Shown in pieces: positions 23,892-36,514 of a stretch of 64,000 nucleotides of DNA (positions are counted from its first letter, which is position 1; each line of letters begins with the position of its first letter). Source of the DNA: Paramoeba atlantica (taxonomy: Eukaryota > Protista > Discosea); the NCBI GenBank assembly GCA_977017575.1, contig CDRNVI010000087.1:186001-250000 (forward strand). The letters run 5' to 3'. Made by a program: the position numbers and the translations under genes. The notes under the pieces were generated by a model. That model saw only the letters and a program-made list of their open reading frames with translations. It was not told the DNA's origin and searched no databases.

Positions 23892-24203
23892 ATGGTGAAC
23901 TTTCCCAAGAAGAAACGTATGCATTGTCCGAAATGCGACACCCACAAGGAGTTTAAGATCCAGCAATACAAAGCGGGGAAGCCCTCGCTGTATGCCCTGG
24001 GGAAGCGAAGGTACGACGCCAAGCAACGGGGGTACGGAGGGCAGACCAAACCCATTCTGCGCAAGAAGTCAAAAACGACCAAGAAGATCACGCTTAAAAT
24101 GCAGTGCACCTCATGCAAGCGCATTGTGCAGAATATCCTGAAACGTTCCAAGCACTTTGAGCTCAACGACAAATCCAAACAGAAGGGAGGCGTCATGTGG
24201 TAA
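23892..24203 (+). CDS. RPL44: 60S ribosomal protein eL42 (L44/L36a)
   Basis: MVNFPKK...[17 protein letters not shown]...[12 protein letters not shown]. The C-terminal KHFELND...W resembles kinetoplastid L44. Confidence 0.95.
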   Translation: MVNFPKKKRMHCPKCDTHKEFKIQQYKAGKPSLYALGKRRYDAKQRGYGGQTKPILRKKSKTTKKITLKMQCTSCKRIVQNILKRSKHFELNDKSKQKGGVMW

Positions 24204-24495
24204 GAAGGGGGATAAGCGAAAAGTAAAAAAAGTGATTCAAAGGATGATTTATACCTTTTCTAAGGCATAAGAAAAGAAAGGTTGTGCATAAAAAAGCTAG
24301 AGGAGAGGATAATGACAAACATTTGTATCGAACACTTATTGTACACGAAAGAAGTTAAAAGAGATTTTTTTTTTCACAAAAACACTAATTCTAACCCATC
24401 ATTGTATAGATTAAAAACCGTACAGTACATATAAAAAGAGCTCAATCTTTAAACCTTAAAACCCATCTTCTATTCCCCCCCCCCCCCCTCCCTCC

Positions 24496-24978
24496 ATGAA
24501 ACCCGAACTCTCCCTCCAATACCTCGACGAGTGGATGCTCCGTTGGCGTCGTTTCCAAACCCGCCAGGACTGGGAAATTGAAAAAAAAGCCCAAGCCCTA
24601 CGCCAGCGGAACTACCTCCTCACCGCCCTCCTCACCCTAGCCCTCGGGGTCTACACCGCTGGGCGGGACACCGTCCACCGCTGTTTCGGCCCCCCCCACT
24701 TCTTTGACGTCGGGGTCGATGCCGCGATGAAGAGCCATCTAAAGCGATTCCTCCTCAGCCACGCCCGGTTCTGCCCCAACGGGTACGGCCGCCTCCTTGC
24801 GGTGTTCGCCCCCCCCTACGTGCTGTGGGCGACGCTGCAGCACCGCGCGGAGGTGCGGCGGTGGGGGGCGTACGTGGGGGCCGGGACGGTGTTTGGGGAG
24901 CAGGCCAGGGGGATGGAGAGGACGGGGGTGGTGGAGGAGTTTAGCGCGGTGAGGGGGGAGGGGGGGAGGGGGGAGTAG
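24496..24978 (+). CDS. ATPTB6: Likely euglenozoan mitochondrial ATP synthase subunit ATPTB6 homolog
   Basis: QYLDEWMLRWRRFQT..DWEIEK, PHFFDVGVD, P.GYGR and TVFGEQAR...G..EE match the T. brucei ATPTB6 sequence as I recall it (not searched). Confidence 0.65.
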   Translation: MKPELSLQYLDEWMLRWRRFQTRQDWEIEKKAQALRQRNYLLTALLTLALGVYTAGRDTVHRCFGPPHFFDVGVDAAMKSHLKRFLLSHARFCPNGYGRLLAVFAPPYVLWATLQHRAEVRRWGAYVGAGTVFGEQARGMERTGVVEEFSAVRGEGGRGE

Positions 24979-27900
24979 GGGGGAGTAGGGGGTAAAAGGG
25001 AGGGATAGGGGGAAGAAGAGGAAGGAAGGAATAAAGGATAGGGTAAGAATGTGGGTGTTGTGTGTGTGTGTAGATTTTATAGGAAAAACGTTTTTAAAAG
25101 GTGTCATCAAAAGGTTCGTTTAGGGTTAGGGGGGTTGGTTTGTAAGAAAAGTATCCTGTTACACAAAGAACCCTTTTTTGGCAAAATGTATTGATTGGGA
25201 AGCAAAGGGAATGAGGAGGAATTCTAGGTAAAATTGTAGATAAAACTGGATTTGCATGACACAATTGGAGATGCACCCCTATAAATGTCTTGCATTTTGT
25301 TCGATTTTGAAAATCTGTTGTCTACCACCGTTTTTCGACCCATGTATTTGTTTCGACCCATTGTATTGTGGGCGACGCTGCAGCACCGCGCGGAGGTGCG
25401 GCGGTGGGGGGCGTACGTGGGGGCCGGGACGGTGTTTGGGGAGCAGGCCAGGGGGATGGAGAGGACGGGGGTGGTGGAGGAGTTTATCGCGGTGAGGGGG
25501 GAGGGGGGGAGGGGGGAGGGGGGGTAGGGGGTAAAAAGGAGGATAGGGGGAAAAGAGGAAGGAAGGAATAAAGGATAGGGTAGGAATGTGGGTGTTGTGT
25601 GTGTGTGTGTGTGTGTAGATTTTATAGGAAAAAGGTTTCATAAAAAGGTTCGTTTAGGGTTGGGGGGGTTGGTTTGTAAGAAAAGTATCCTGTTATAAAA
25701 AGAACCCTTTTCGGTAAAATATATTGATTGGGAAGCAAAGGGAATGAGGTAGAATTCTAGGTGAAATTGTAAATAAAACTGGATTTGCATGACACAATTG
25801 GAGATGCACCCCTACAGATGTCTTGTATTTGGTTCGATTTTGAAAATCTGTTGTATACCACCGTTTTTCGACCCATGTATTTGTTTCGACCCATTGTATT
25901 GTGGGCGACGCTGCAGCACCGCGCGGAGGTGCGGCGGTGGGGGGCGTACGTGGGGGCCGGGACGGTGTTTGGGGAGCAGGCCAGGGGGATGGAGAGGACG
26001 GGGGTGGTGGATGAGTTTAGCGCGGTGAGGGGGGAGGGGGGGAGGGGGTTGTAGGGGGGTGTAGGGGGGATAGGGGGGATAGGGGGAAAAGAGGAAGGAA
26101 GGAAAAAATATAAACGATAGGGTAGGAGTGTGGGTGTTGTGTGTGTGTGTGTAGATTTTATAGGAAAAAGGTTTCATAAAAAGGTTCGTTTAGGGTTGGG
26201 GGGGTTGGTTTGTAAGAAAAGTATCCTGTTATAAAAAGAACCCTTTTTTGGCAAAATATTTTGATTGGGAAGCAAAGGGAATGAGGGAGAATTCTAGGTG
26301 AAATTGTAAATAAAACTGGATTTGCATGACACAATTGGAGATGCACCCCTACAGATGTCTTGTATTTGGTTCGATTTTGAAAATCTGTTGTCTACCACCG
26401 TTTTTCGACCCATGTATTTGTTTCGACCCATTGTATTGTGGGCGACGCTGCAGCACCGCGCGGAGGTGCGGCGGTGGGGGGCGTACGTGGGGGCCGGGAC
26501 GGTGTTTGGGGAGCAGGCCAGGGGGATGGAGAGGACGAGGGTGGTGGAGGAGTTTATCGCGGTGAGGGGGGAGGGGGGGAGGGGGTTGTAGGGGGGTGTA
26601 GGGGGGATAGGGGGGATAGGGGGAAAAGAGGAAGGAAGGAAAAAATATAAACGATAGGGTAGGTGTGTGGGTGTTGTGTGTGTGTGTGTGTGTAGATTTT
26701 ATAGGAAAAAGGTTTCATAAAAAGGTTCGTTTAGGGTTAGGGGGGTTGGTTTGTAAGAAAAGTATCCTGTTACACAAAGAACCCTTTTTTGGCAAAATGT
26801 ATTGATTGGGAAGCAAAGGGAATGAGGGGGAATTAGGTAAAATTGTAGATAAAACTGGATTTGCATGACACAATTGGAGATGCACCCCTACAGATGTCTT
26901 GTATTTTGTTCGATTTTGAAAATCTGTTGTCTACCACCGTTTTTCGACCCATGTATTTGTTTCGACCCATTGTATTGTGGGCGACGCTGCAGCACCGCGC
27001 GGAGGTGCGGCGGTGGGGGGCGTACGTGGGGGCCGGGACGGTGTTTGGGGAGCAGGCCAGGGGGATGGAGAGGACGGGGGTGGTGGATGAGTTTAGCGCG
27101 GTGAGGGGGGAGGGGGGTAGGGGGGAGTAGGGGGGAGTAGGGTGTAAAAGGGAGGGATAGGGTGAAAAGAGGAAGGAAGGAATAAACGATAGGGTAAGAA
27201 TGTGTGTGTGTGTAGATTTTATAGGAAAAAGGTTTCATAAAAAGGTTCGTGTAGGGTTAGGGCGGTTGGTGTCTAAGAAATATATCCTGTTACAAAAAGA
27301 ACCCTTTTCGGTAAAACATATTGGTTGGAAAACAAAAGGAATGAGGGGGAATTCTAGGGTAAATTGTAGATAAAACTGGATTTGCATGACATAATTGGAG
27401 AGGTACCCCCACAAATGTATGTACCCCTATAAATGTCTTGTATTTTGTTCGATTTTGAAAATCTGTTGTCTACCACCGTTTTTCGACCCATGTATTTGTT
27501 TCGACCCATTGTATTGTGGGCGACGCTGCAGCACCGCGCGGAGGTGCAGCGGTGGGGGGCGTACGTGGGGGCCGGGACGGTGTTTGGGGAGCAGGCCAGG
27601 GGGATGGAGAGGACGGGGGTGGTGGAGGAGTTTATCGCGGTGAGGGGGGAGGGAGGGAGGGGGGTGTAGGGGGGAGTAGGGGGTAAAAGGGAGGGATAGG
27701 GGGATGAAGAGGAAGGAAGGAATAAAGGATAGGGTAAGAATGTGGGTGTTGTGTGTGTGTGTGTGTGTAGATTTTATAGGAAAAAGGTTTCATAAAAAGG
27801 TTCGTTTAGGGTTAGGGGGGTTGGTTTGTAAGAAAAGTATCCCGTTATAAAAAGAACCCTTTTTTGGCAAAATATTTTGATTGGGAAGCAAAGGGAATGA

Positions 27901-28692
27901 GGGGGAATTCTAGGGTAAATTGTAGATAAAACTGGATTTGCATGACACAATTGGAGAGGTACCCCCACAAATGTATGTACCCCTATAAATGTCTTGTATT
28001 TTGTTCGATTTTGAAAATCTGTTGTCTACCACCGTTTTTCGACCCACGTATTTGTTTCGACCCATTGTATTGTGGGCGACGCTGCAGCACCGCGGGGAGG
28101 TGCGGCGGTGGGGGGCGTACGTGGGGGCCGGGACGGTGTTTGGGGAGCAGGCCAGGGGGATGGAGAGGACGGGGGTGGTGGAGGAGTTTATCGCGGTGAG
28201 GGGGGAGGGGGGGAGGGGGGAGGGGGGGAGTAGGGGGTAAAAGGGAGGGATAGGGTGAAAAGAGGAAGGAAGGAATAAAGGATAGGGTAAGAATGTGTGT
28301 GTGTGTGTGTAGATTTTATAGGAAAAAGGTTTCATAAAAAGGTTCGTTTAGGGTTAGGGGGGTTGGTGTCTAAGAAATATATCCTGTTACAAAAAGAACC
28401 CTTTTCGGTAAAACATATTGATTGGGAAACAAAGGGAATGAGGGGGAATTCTAGGTGAAATTGTAGATAAAACTGGAATTGCATGACACAATTGGAGATG
28501 CACCCCTACAGATGTCTTGTATTTTGTTCGATTTTGAAAATCTGTTGTCTACCACCGTTTTTCGACCCATGTATTTGTTTCGACCCATTGTATTGTGGGC
28601 GACGCTGCAGCACCGCGCGGAGGTGCGGCGGTGGGGGGCGTACGTGGGGGCCGGGACGGTGTTTGGGGAGCAGGCCAGGGGGATGGAGAGGA
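24824..28692 (+). repeat. Tandem array of 523-556-bp units made from the last ~155 bp of the ATPTB6-like CDS plus its downstream region (7 full units + 1 partial)
   Basis: tgtgggcgacgctgcagcac starts at 24824, 25367, 25900, 26437, 26976, 27515, 28071 and 28594. Units contain G-runs and (GT)n. Confidence 0.95.
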
Positions 28693-29118
28693 ATCTCGGG
28701 CGGCCACGCTTACAGACTTGCCGGCATCTATACTAGCACATAGGTTGTTTTTTTGCTGTATGGTAAGATCCACCCGAACCTTCCGCGGCTGCTCAGCAAG
28801 CTGGTTAGATGCATTCAATATTAATGCGGTGGATGGCGTAGCTGAAGTATCATCGGGGAAGGGCAGTACGGCAACAGTTTCGTGTGGCAACGGTGAGGAT
28901 AGAGTCACTTGGCTCGCGTTAAAGAATAGAAGTGGTGGGGCCATCGTGTATTGAATAAATATTGAAATCAATGAAAATTTACAATTTCTGACCTGGGTTA
29001 ACTATCATCACAGAGTAGGAATCGGGGGAAAATTCTGACACCCCCCTTACTTCACCACATGCGGAGTGGCTAAATGTGGTGAAGTAAGGGGGGAGGTGAA
29101 GTAAGGGGGGGGTAACGG
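28693..29118 (-). mobile_element. Truncated pogo-like element (5' TIR + N-terminal HTH_psq fragment) abutting the array
   Basis: RC ORF RKVRVDLTIQQKNNLCASIDAGKSVSVAAR is CENP-B/psq-like. Element end TA|CCGTTACCCCCC at 29118-29120. Confidence 0.55.
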
Positions 29119-30432
29119 TACATTATTTTTTTAATTCTTTTAATAAGACATAGCCCGTCTAAGGGATAGTACGTACTATCCCCTCTAAATTAAATCTCAC
29201 TGCCCACCCCCCTGCTTATTTGTCAGTTCTGGGAACAGATAGTAAATTCTCCCCCCTTACTGTTGAAAAAGCCACACTAAGTTTTTCTTTCAAAGCTACC
29301 TTTTTTTCAATTATTGTTATGATTATAATTATAATTATCTGTTATGAAGCGGGGACAAGTCAGAGGCAATGACAATACAAAGATATCACTGATACAATGT
29401 AGTACAGGGCGGTTTATTTATTTAAGATTCTTTCTTTACAGTCATTTCATTACTCAAAATTAGTTAAACGGGGGTCCAGTTTCGCATACATGTGACCTCG
29501 TACCATACCGGGGGGGGGGTATGGTATCGTGACTCGTGGTCGATAGCATACCCCTCCTTGTTTTTTCAGATAGAGAAGGTGTGATGTCCCACGTAGATCA
29601 TAACTCTATGGAGCATTATTCGTTTGTTTACTATTTATCGCGTTTTTTCACTTCTATAATTTTTACTGGTGATATTTTTAACCCCTACTGGTAACTTTTG
29701 CTGGTAATCACTTTTTTAACATTTTATCCAAACAACTTACCATACCTGTGACCTGATACCGTACCTGTGACCTCGTACCATACTGGGCGGGGGGTATGCT
29801 AAACCGGACTCCCGTTTAACTCATTCTTTAGTATAACAGGCCGAGAGTAACTAATAGAAAAAATATTCACACTCGAAGTCGGTACTAGGTGACTTGTCCT
29901 CCTAGATGACATATCCGATTTTGGCCCCTTTTTTCCACTTTTGCGGGGATATGTGAGGGGGGGGGGTGACGGTATAGTGCAAGTGCCCAAGTCGATATAA
30001 TATAGTGCAAGCAGCATAATGTATCGATTTGATAAAAAGGAGTCAAAATAATTACACCGACGCGCATTGCAATAACATGAAAAATTAATATGGGGAAAAA
30101 GTGTAGTCCTGATTGTTGTTGTTAGACGCATCGAATAAAGCATGGAAAAATCCTCCGCCTTGTCGTGGTGCTCTGGCTTATGATCGCAATAGGTGAGGGG
30201 CTGCGGGTGACGTTAACCGCGGTCTCGCACGGTCTCGGCGCGGTCTCGCGCGGTCTCATATTTGTAAAAGGGTATAATGATATTTTAGAGATTGTCAAAT
30301 AGTTTTCGTTTATAGTATACGTCTAAGCAATTTCAATCGCAATTTCGTCTACGCAATTTCAATTGGAATAAATAGAGCGATGTTGAACACAGACCAAGAC
30401 TGATATTAAAAGATCAATAAAACTAAACGAAT

Positions 30433-31440
30433 TTACTTCTTTCGCTTCCGCAGTTTCCTAGGTTCGTAGGGCACATAATTTATGTGTTCCTTGAGCAAGT
30501 CGCGACTTACACCAGTTTTCTCGACAACTTCGCATCCCTCACTGCACCAACATTTATTCAAATGGTCAATCTTTCGGAGAGACGCATTCACCCCAGTATC
30601 AAAGTCGTACTGCGGCTCTCCAGCCAACAGTCCGTACGCCAACACAGATACCATCTGAACAGCATCTTTGATCCAGGAAAGATCATGATCTGTTGCCCAG
30701 AAAAAACGAAACTTGTCCACATGGGCAAAGAAACGCTCTACACGAGAGCGCACTAATGCGAGCCTCTCGTTGACGCGTAATTGATCGTCCTCAAGCATTC
30801 CCTTGTTTGGAGTTTTGTATGGGACCAAACAATGATAACAACCAACATACCCCAGGTCGGCCAGAAAGATTTCATCTTTGTGATGCTCAAAGAGGTATGT
30901 TCCATGAGTCATCGTGTCTTGATAAATCCTTGCATCGTGCACACTTCCAACTACGGGCCCACGAAAAAAGATAGGAACTCCGGCCAGTGTGAGCCAGAAT
31001 TCAATTTTAAAACAGTGTTCTCCGTTCTTCCCAGAGTAAGTCGAATTCTTCCGTTTAACAGTCTGACTACGGGGATCAAATTTCATATGAGGTTTTTTTG
31101 CTCGACAAGGGATGGTGGTAACGTCTAGCATACACGTCACGTCGCTAAGCCACGGGACACCATGACGAAATCTCAGCAAAGGATTCATCAACGAGGGTGA
31201 ACGATACAGGTCCGCGATGCGATGAAAATCCTCGTGCAGGGTTCGCACGGAAACTGGGGGATCCTCTGGCCCCGTCCATATGACTTGCAAATCACTCAAT
31301 TGTTCCCAAGAACAATTCAGTGCACATAAGCAAAGGGAAGACTTCAACCTCCTTAGATCAGTGCTTGTTACGTTAGTTCCATGCACCGCTTTCTGTTCCG
31401 CGTAAAATTGCGCAAGCTGTTCTCGGGTCACGCCATACAT
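30433..31440 (-). CDS. DDE_Tnp_4 (IS5/PIF-Harbinger-type) transposase, apparently intact
   Basis: MLDVT, YSGK..H, GSVHDARI, LADLGYVG and RSRVERFF motifs. Confidence 0.85.
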   Translation of the reverse strand: MYGVTREQLAQFYAEQKAVHGTNVTSTDLRRLKSSLCLCALNCSWEQLSDLQVIWTGPEDPPVSVRTLHEDFHRIADLYRSPSLMNPLLRFRHGVPWLSDVTCMLDVTTIPCRAKKPHMKFDPRSQTVKRKNSTYSGKNGEHCFKIEFWLTLAGVPIFFRGPVVGSVHDARIYQDTMTHGTYLFEHHKDEIFLADLGYVGCYHCLVPYKTPNKGMLEDDQLRVNERLALVRSRVERFFAHVDKFRFFWATDHDLSWIKDAVQMVSVLAYGLLAGEPQYDFDTGVNASLRKIDHLNKCWCSEGCEVVEKTGVSRDLLKEHINYVPYEPRKLRKRKK

Positions 31441-31671
31441 GAACGCCTCTATGACAGTACTAGCTATGAAATTGAACTATGTTATGCTAAATATGTTATG
31501 TTATGTTACGGGCTAGAGGGTAAAAACACGACTTGTAGATTAGGTAAAATGGTATTTGAGGTGAACAATAAACATCCGCTTTGACACACTTAAAACCATC
31601 ACGAATAATAAGCAGAACTTAAAATATTATCTTCTCTCTTTCACCTTCAACTTTTCCTCAACGCGTCCTTT

Positions 31672-32397
31672 TTAGTTCAGCCGCGGGAACGAGACTACAC
31701 GGTCTGATGTTCTTATTTCTTTCGCCGTATAATAGGACGGCATGGGGACATTCTTCCCCTGATCTGCAGCCGTGGGACAAGCTTCTGGGGTCTGAGATGC
31801 TGGCTTCTGAGATGCTTCATCCGCCCCTCGTTTGAGCCGGCGACGAGCCCGGTAGGTCGCGCAGGCACGAGAACGCCTCCCGGATACAGAGCGCCACGAA
31901 CTATCCACGAAGTCTCCTACTTCGTTGTCCCGTCGAGGTGCATACATCGGGCTGAGTTCCAGGAAACTTTGGAGATCCTGGGCAGCTTCTCCAACAAAGT
32001 AAACGGCGCTCGACCGAACGTCCATAAGCAGATGCCCGCGGCGATCTACGATGTGAAGAATGGCGCGCTCCAGCATCTGTGGCGTAATGTCTATGCCACA
32101 AACGGAACGGCCCCCGTGAAGGAAACTATCCATGGTGCGATGAATGCGTTCCAGGATTTCTTCGACTTTTGCTCCTAGCTCTTCTTCTGTGATAATCAGC
32201 TTCGGAGGGGTAAATACGTTAACACGTTTCGTGAAAACCCTCTTGGTTGAAGCTAAAACAACCTCATAAATCGCCTTTTCACTTTCAACCTCCGAGGGGT
32301 GCGCAATTCGAGCTTTTAGGTCAGCATTACTCTCAATTCCAGTCATTGACAAGACAAAAAGATACGGAAAGCGAAATAACAAACTAAAGATGTTCAA
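31672..32397 (-). CDS. Unknown accessory protein inside the Harbinger-like TIRs
   Basis: 241-aa ORF, same strand as and upstream of the transposase, between the TIRs. No motif recognised. Confidence 0.55.
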   Translation of the reverse strand: MNIFSLLFRFPYLFVLSMTGIESNADLKARIAHPSEVESEKAIYEVVLASTKRVFTKRVNVFTPPKLIITEEELGAKVEEILERIHRTMDSFLHGGRSVCGIDITPQMLERAILHIVDRRGHLLMDVRSSAVYFVGEAAQDLQSFLELSPMYAPRRDNEVGDFVDSSWRSVSGRRSRACATYRARRRLKRGADEASQKPASQTPEACPTAADQGKNVPMPSYYTAKEIRTSDRVVSFPRLN

Positions 32398-34323
32398 AAA
32401 TAGTCTTACTTCTATCTACATCAAGGCCTACAATATGAGTACTCCATACACATCGTATATACGAAGTGAAAGTTCTTTTTTATTCGAATTGTGCTCTAAT
32501 CTCCATCCAAAAACTAGCATTTTCTTGTCTCTCCAAGCCAAAAGCAAACCGCGGTCTCGCGCGGTCTCGTGTGCCACGACCCGCAGCCCCTCAGGTGATT
32601 AACCAAGAGAGGATTCATGTTTCCCTGGACATGAAGTTGACTTCAGAATGAGACTAAACCTGCGAGTTAGTCATTTAGAAGGTAGATGGTAAGATCATGA
32701 GTTCGATGTTTAGAATTAGAGGTTGAGTGGCTAGATGTAGAAAAGTTAATGTTTAGAAGTTTAGAACTTAGATGCTCTGATTGTGAAGTTTGGAAGTTAG
32801 ATGCTTAGATGACGGACGTCAGGAGTTAAAGTTTGGTCTCCAAACTTTGGAGGCAGAAGTTGAGAAGTCAGCATCCTTGAGGTCTGAATTAGATGCTTGT
32901 ATTTTAGAGGTTAGACGTTTAGATAACGGATGTTAGAAGTTAGATGCTTCGAAGCCCGCCCCTGTATGTTAAGAGATTCGGTGAGGTCTGAGATAAATGC
33001 TTTGACGATGAAGCTTAGAAATTGAATGTGTAGATGGCGGATGTTAGAAATCAGATAACGCTTAATTTATCCCTTCCTCAAAAATGTCTTCCATGGAGAG
33101 CGAACTTGAAATAGAGTAAGAATCAGAGCTTGCAAAACAAATCGTTATAATATAGTGAAACGATACAGTGTAGTGCAATCGATACATTGTGGTGCAATCG
33201 ATATAATATAGCGAAACGATATAATATAGTGACAGCCGGTTTATGGGGATTACGCATCCGGCTCTCTGCACCTGCACATGGCAACCGAGCTCTCTGCACC
33301 TGGGGCCCCAGCTCTCTGCACCAGCACACCTCCGGCAAGGGCGAACACTCACTTGATCCACCCGTCGTATGCGGGAACGGACTTTGTGAGCATAATCTCT
33401 GCACTATAAGTGCATGAACAAATAACTGATTCGCATTCGCTCTATTAAAGCAATCTCTTCTTCACCTGGTCCGCCTTCTTCTTCTTCTTCGGTGTCGGTA
33501 TCAAGGGAGAATTCTTCCACGGCATCATCGGATTCAATATTTATGTTGTCGACATTTACTACTTCATGTTCTTGAGGAGAGATGTCAGGATCCATATTAG
33601 AACGATTTTTTTTGTCTAATCCATGTGCCTTCAGATCTAATGTGCCTTGCAAATCTAATCCTCTCGTAAATTAATTTGTACTTTTTTTTTAAAAAATGAG
33701 AATTCATGATTGACCCATCAAAAGAGGCTCTGTCCACGTTCAACACCCAATTCTGAGAATAGTGACTTTCACTGTAGTTGTGTGCGGGTGGCTGTTTCAC
33801 TGTAGTGCGGGGGTGGCTGGACAGAAAAGCAACACACTCATGAACAAAAAAGGTCTTGTCCCACCAAAAAAGCATACCCGCCCCCAGTAACAGAGATTTG
33901 GCCATTTGGGTCCAAAATCGATTCTATTACTGGGGGGTATACCGTAATTACTATTCTAATTTTTTCACCTCACGGTAGCTGAATACGTTTTCAATAGTTT
34001 TTAGAACTTTCATTTTATGGTTCTCCGAGGAAAGAGTCGACAAGCGCAGTCATGATCCCTTAATATTCCTCCCACCCTTCTCCATCCCACACGCTATCTG
34101 AAAATGGTAGTCCTCCACCAGATCCACCTTCAAACCTGTCTCATCCTTTGAAGTATATGTCAAACATATTTTACTTCGTTGGAACCTCAGCAAACAATGG
34201 ATTCCTCCTGAGAGGTGAAAAATAATGAGTACTCAATACTGCTACTATAACATTTTTTCCCTATCGTAAAATTTATTTGTTGCAAAATGATAATGGGCTT
34301 GCCTCTGGGCGCAACCCAAAATT

Positions 34324-34385
34324 GGGGAAGACCTCCTCGTGGTCCTCCCTGGCACTGCCATCTTACTGATGCTATTAACGCTGAC
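34324..34385 (+). ncRNA. Degenerate HDV-like ribozyme (J1/2-P2 5' strand deleted)
   Basis: GGGGAAG ACC UCCUCGU GGU CCUCCCU GG CAC UGCCAUC...; homologous to 58667-58739. Confidence 0.55.
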
Positions 34386-34517
34386 GTAAGAACATTCGTA
34401 GAGAAATATTTGGAAGTGTAAAGGTATTTTGACCCCCCCACTTAATTGTCATAGCCTAACCCCCCCGCTTATTTGTCCTTTTTTCGAAAAACAGGTGACA
34501 AATAAGTGGGGGGGGGG

Positions 34518-34990
34518 CACAATACTCACGCTTGCCTATGAAAGGGTTGTCTACTTGCAGTCTCGAAAAATTGAACTCAGTGGTATCTTGCTCGTGCAAA
34601 GCTGCGTTCGCAACCATGTGGAGAATTTTAGTCACAGTTCTCTGGCAAACTCCGTGATTCCGACAAATTTGACCTGTACTTAAACTATTCGCCGTATCGG
34701 CTGATATCATTAGCTTCACAAGGGTCTAATGATCGGTCTAATGATCGGCTGTCCAGGTAATGCGCAGAATGGAAAACTCTAACACGACAAGGATTACCGG
34801 AACCTTGGTCGTAATGGGTATTCACTCATAATTGGATTTTCTTGTATGTTTGCATAAATTCCGTGTCGTGCCATTCGCATTCCGGAGCATTCAGTAAATT
34901 GAGTCCCCACATCCAATCGTAGGCTTTCTCGCCTAGCGACGCAAACTTGAGGTATCTCCAGGTGCGGACGCATGCGAACTCATCATCCCC
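34518..34990 (-). pseudogene. Merlin/IS1595-like transposase relic, N-terminal half
   Basis: RC fragments YDWMWGLNLLNAPECEWH (Zn-ribbon-like), STGQICRNHGVCQRTV (HTH) and LQVDNPFIGKREY (cf. VEIDE..GKRKY). Confidence 0.55.
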
Positions 34991-36514
34991 CGCCCCCCTC
35001 CCACGTCCAACAAAGAGCCCATGGACTGTTGAATTCGTTCCTCCTCGTGAGTATGTTCTTTGGCATTCTGCCGGTGGCTGTGTCCTGTAGCACCATCACC
35101 GACGATCGTCTAACGCTGGACTCCCGACCTTATCTTCCCCTCCTGACGGTAAACTGGGTGAAAAATTGGAGAATAGATAAACAATCATTTTTTTCAATGC
35201 GAAAGGGGCAGACGTTAGTTTTCACTGCGCGCCCTCGTTAGTTTTCACTGCGCGCCCTCGTTAGTTTTCACTGCGCGCCCCAGGGCTGCGCTCACAGTTG
35301 GGCCTGCCCCACTAGGTGATGAAGCATTTTTTTGTTTTTATTTTCACACACGTTGATGAATCAACGAATTAGAGACATAGCCACTTTTTTGTTTCAATAA
35401 TCGAGGGTAGAGCGGTTGTTACAACCACCGCAATAGTGCCCTATGCAGGAGTGGAGGTTTGAGGGGTGAACAAAACTTCCGTTTTTTCCCTTTCAGAAAT
35501 TTCTGTAATTATGAGAGATAACTGTTTTCATGAACTGTAAAACGTATTTTAACTATTTTTGTTCGCTTTGTATATGCGACCGTGCTACAGCCATTTTGCG
35601 GGCAGGGTGTAGAATTATTTCCTTTTCTGCGACCCAATCGCAATGGCGAGATGAGATGTATTTTATCTACAGAGCAAATGGCCACGCAAAAGGGTCGTGT
35701 TAATCTCGTGGAATAATACAACTTATTTTGACACAACTTGTTTTTTCTATAAATGATATTTTTTGTTGCCTTCGGAGACCGGTACCATTTGGGGTGTCAA
35801 ACCTCCCACACGTACTACCAAAGCGTCGAAATAATAATAAAAGCCATGTAGCACCTTATCGCCCCGTATTCATGAAATGTTATGACTTTTATGAGTTATA
35901 CTCCTATGAGTTTGTAGTTCGTTGACATCTATACCATCATAGAGACGGTAGTACAAGAAAAGTCCACGAGAAGGCTGTTGAAATACGGTGGAATACGAAT
36001 CGTATGCAACCCCGCTTTTCCCGGTATCAAATTTATGTGATTGAAAATAGCTTTTGTTTGAGTCTAAAAAGTGGTTTTTCGGCATATTTAGGTGATGCCC
36101 TACCAGGGAAAAATATGTCTGTAGTCCAAGTTGGACTACAATGCTGTTGAACCAACAGCATGTGATAAACGCGGGAGGAAGGCACAAATCCGAAAATTTG
36201 CTCATCTTGGCAGTGAAAAACATCCTGCGAAACTGTTCAAAAATTCACATCTTCAAGTAAAATAGCTCGGTTTGACAGGGGAGGAGGATCCGTGGAGTCT
36301 GCCGACCATCTTGTAAGAGTGCGAGAACTCCATTTTGGTTTAAGTGGTGGTGGTTTCATCATCAATACTCGCGTCTTGTCTAAAGACGTGTCACCCCTGA
36401 AAGAAGAACATCGAAAAGAAAAAGAAAAATCTACTAGTTAGTAAAAGAAAAATCAACCTAGTTTTTTTTAATTTTTTTTTGTCAAAGGCAGAGTGCGGTT
36501 TTTACAGAGATGCA

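Larger units (their letters stand above)
30195..32592 (-). mobile_element. PIF/Harbinger-ISL2EU-like DNA transposon with two ORFs
   Basis: 14-bp TIR GAGGGGCTGCGGGT (30195-30208 and 32579-32592), AGGT on both flanks, and cggtctcg subterminal repeats. Confidence 0.75.

Noticed and set aside
24824-28692. Telomeric or interstitial telomere array: (TTAGGG)2 occurs in several units
   Set aside because: Only two repeats per unit, degenerate in several units, within generally G-rich sequence; likely chance.
32640-33060. Degenerate repeat-protein/LRR pseudogene on the minus strand (HLTSNIRYLNV-like)
   Set aside because: Many stops and no family cap; indistinguishable from a decayed agaagttagatgct minisatellite.
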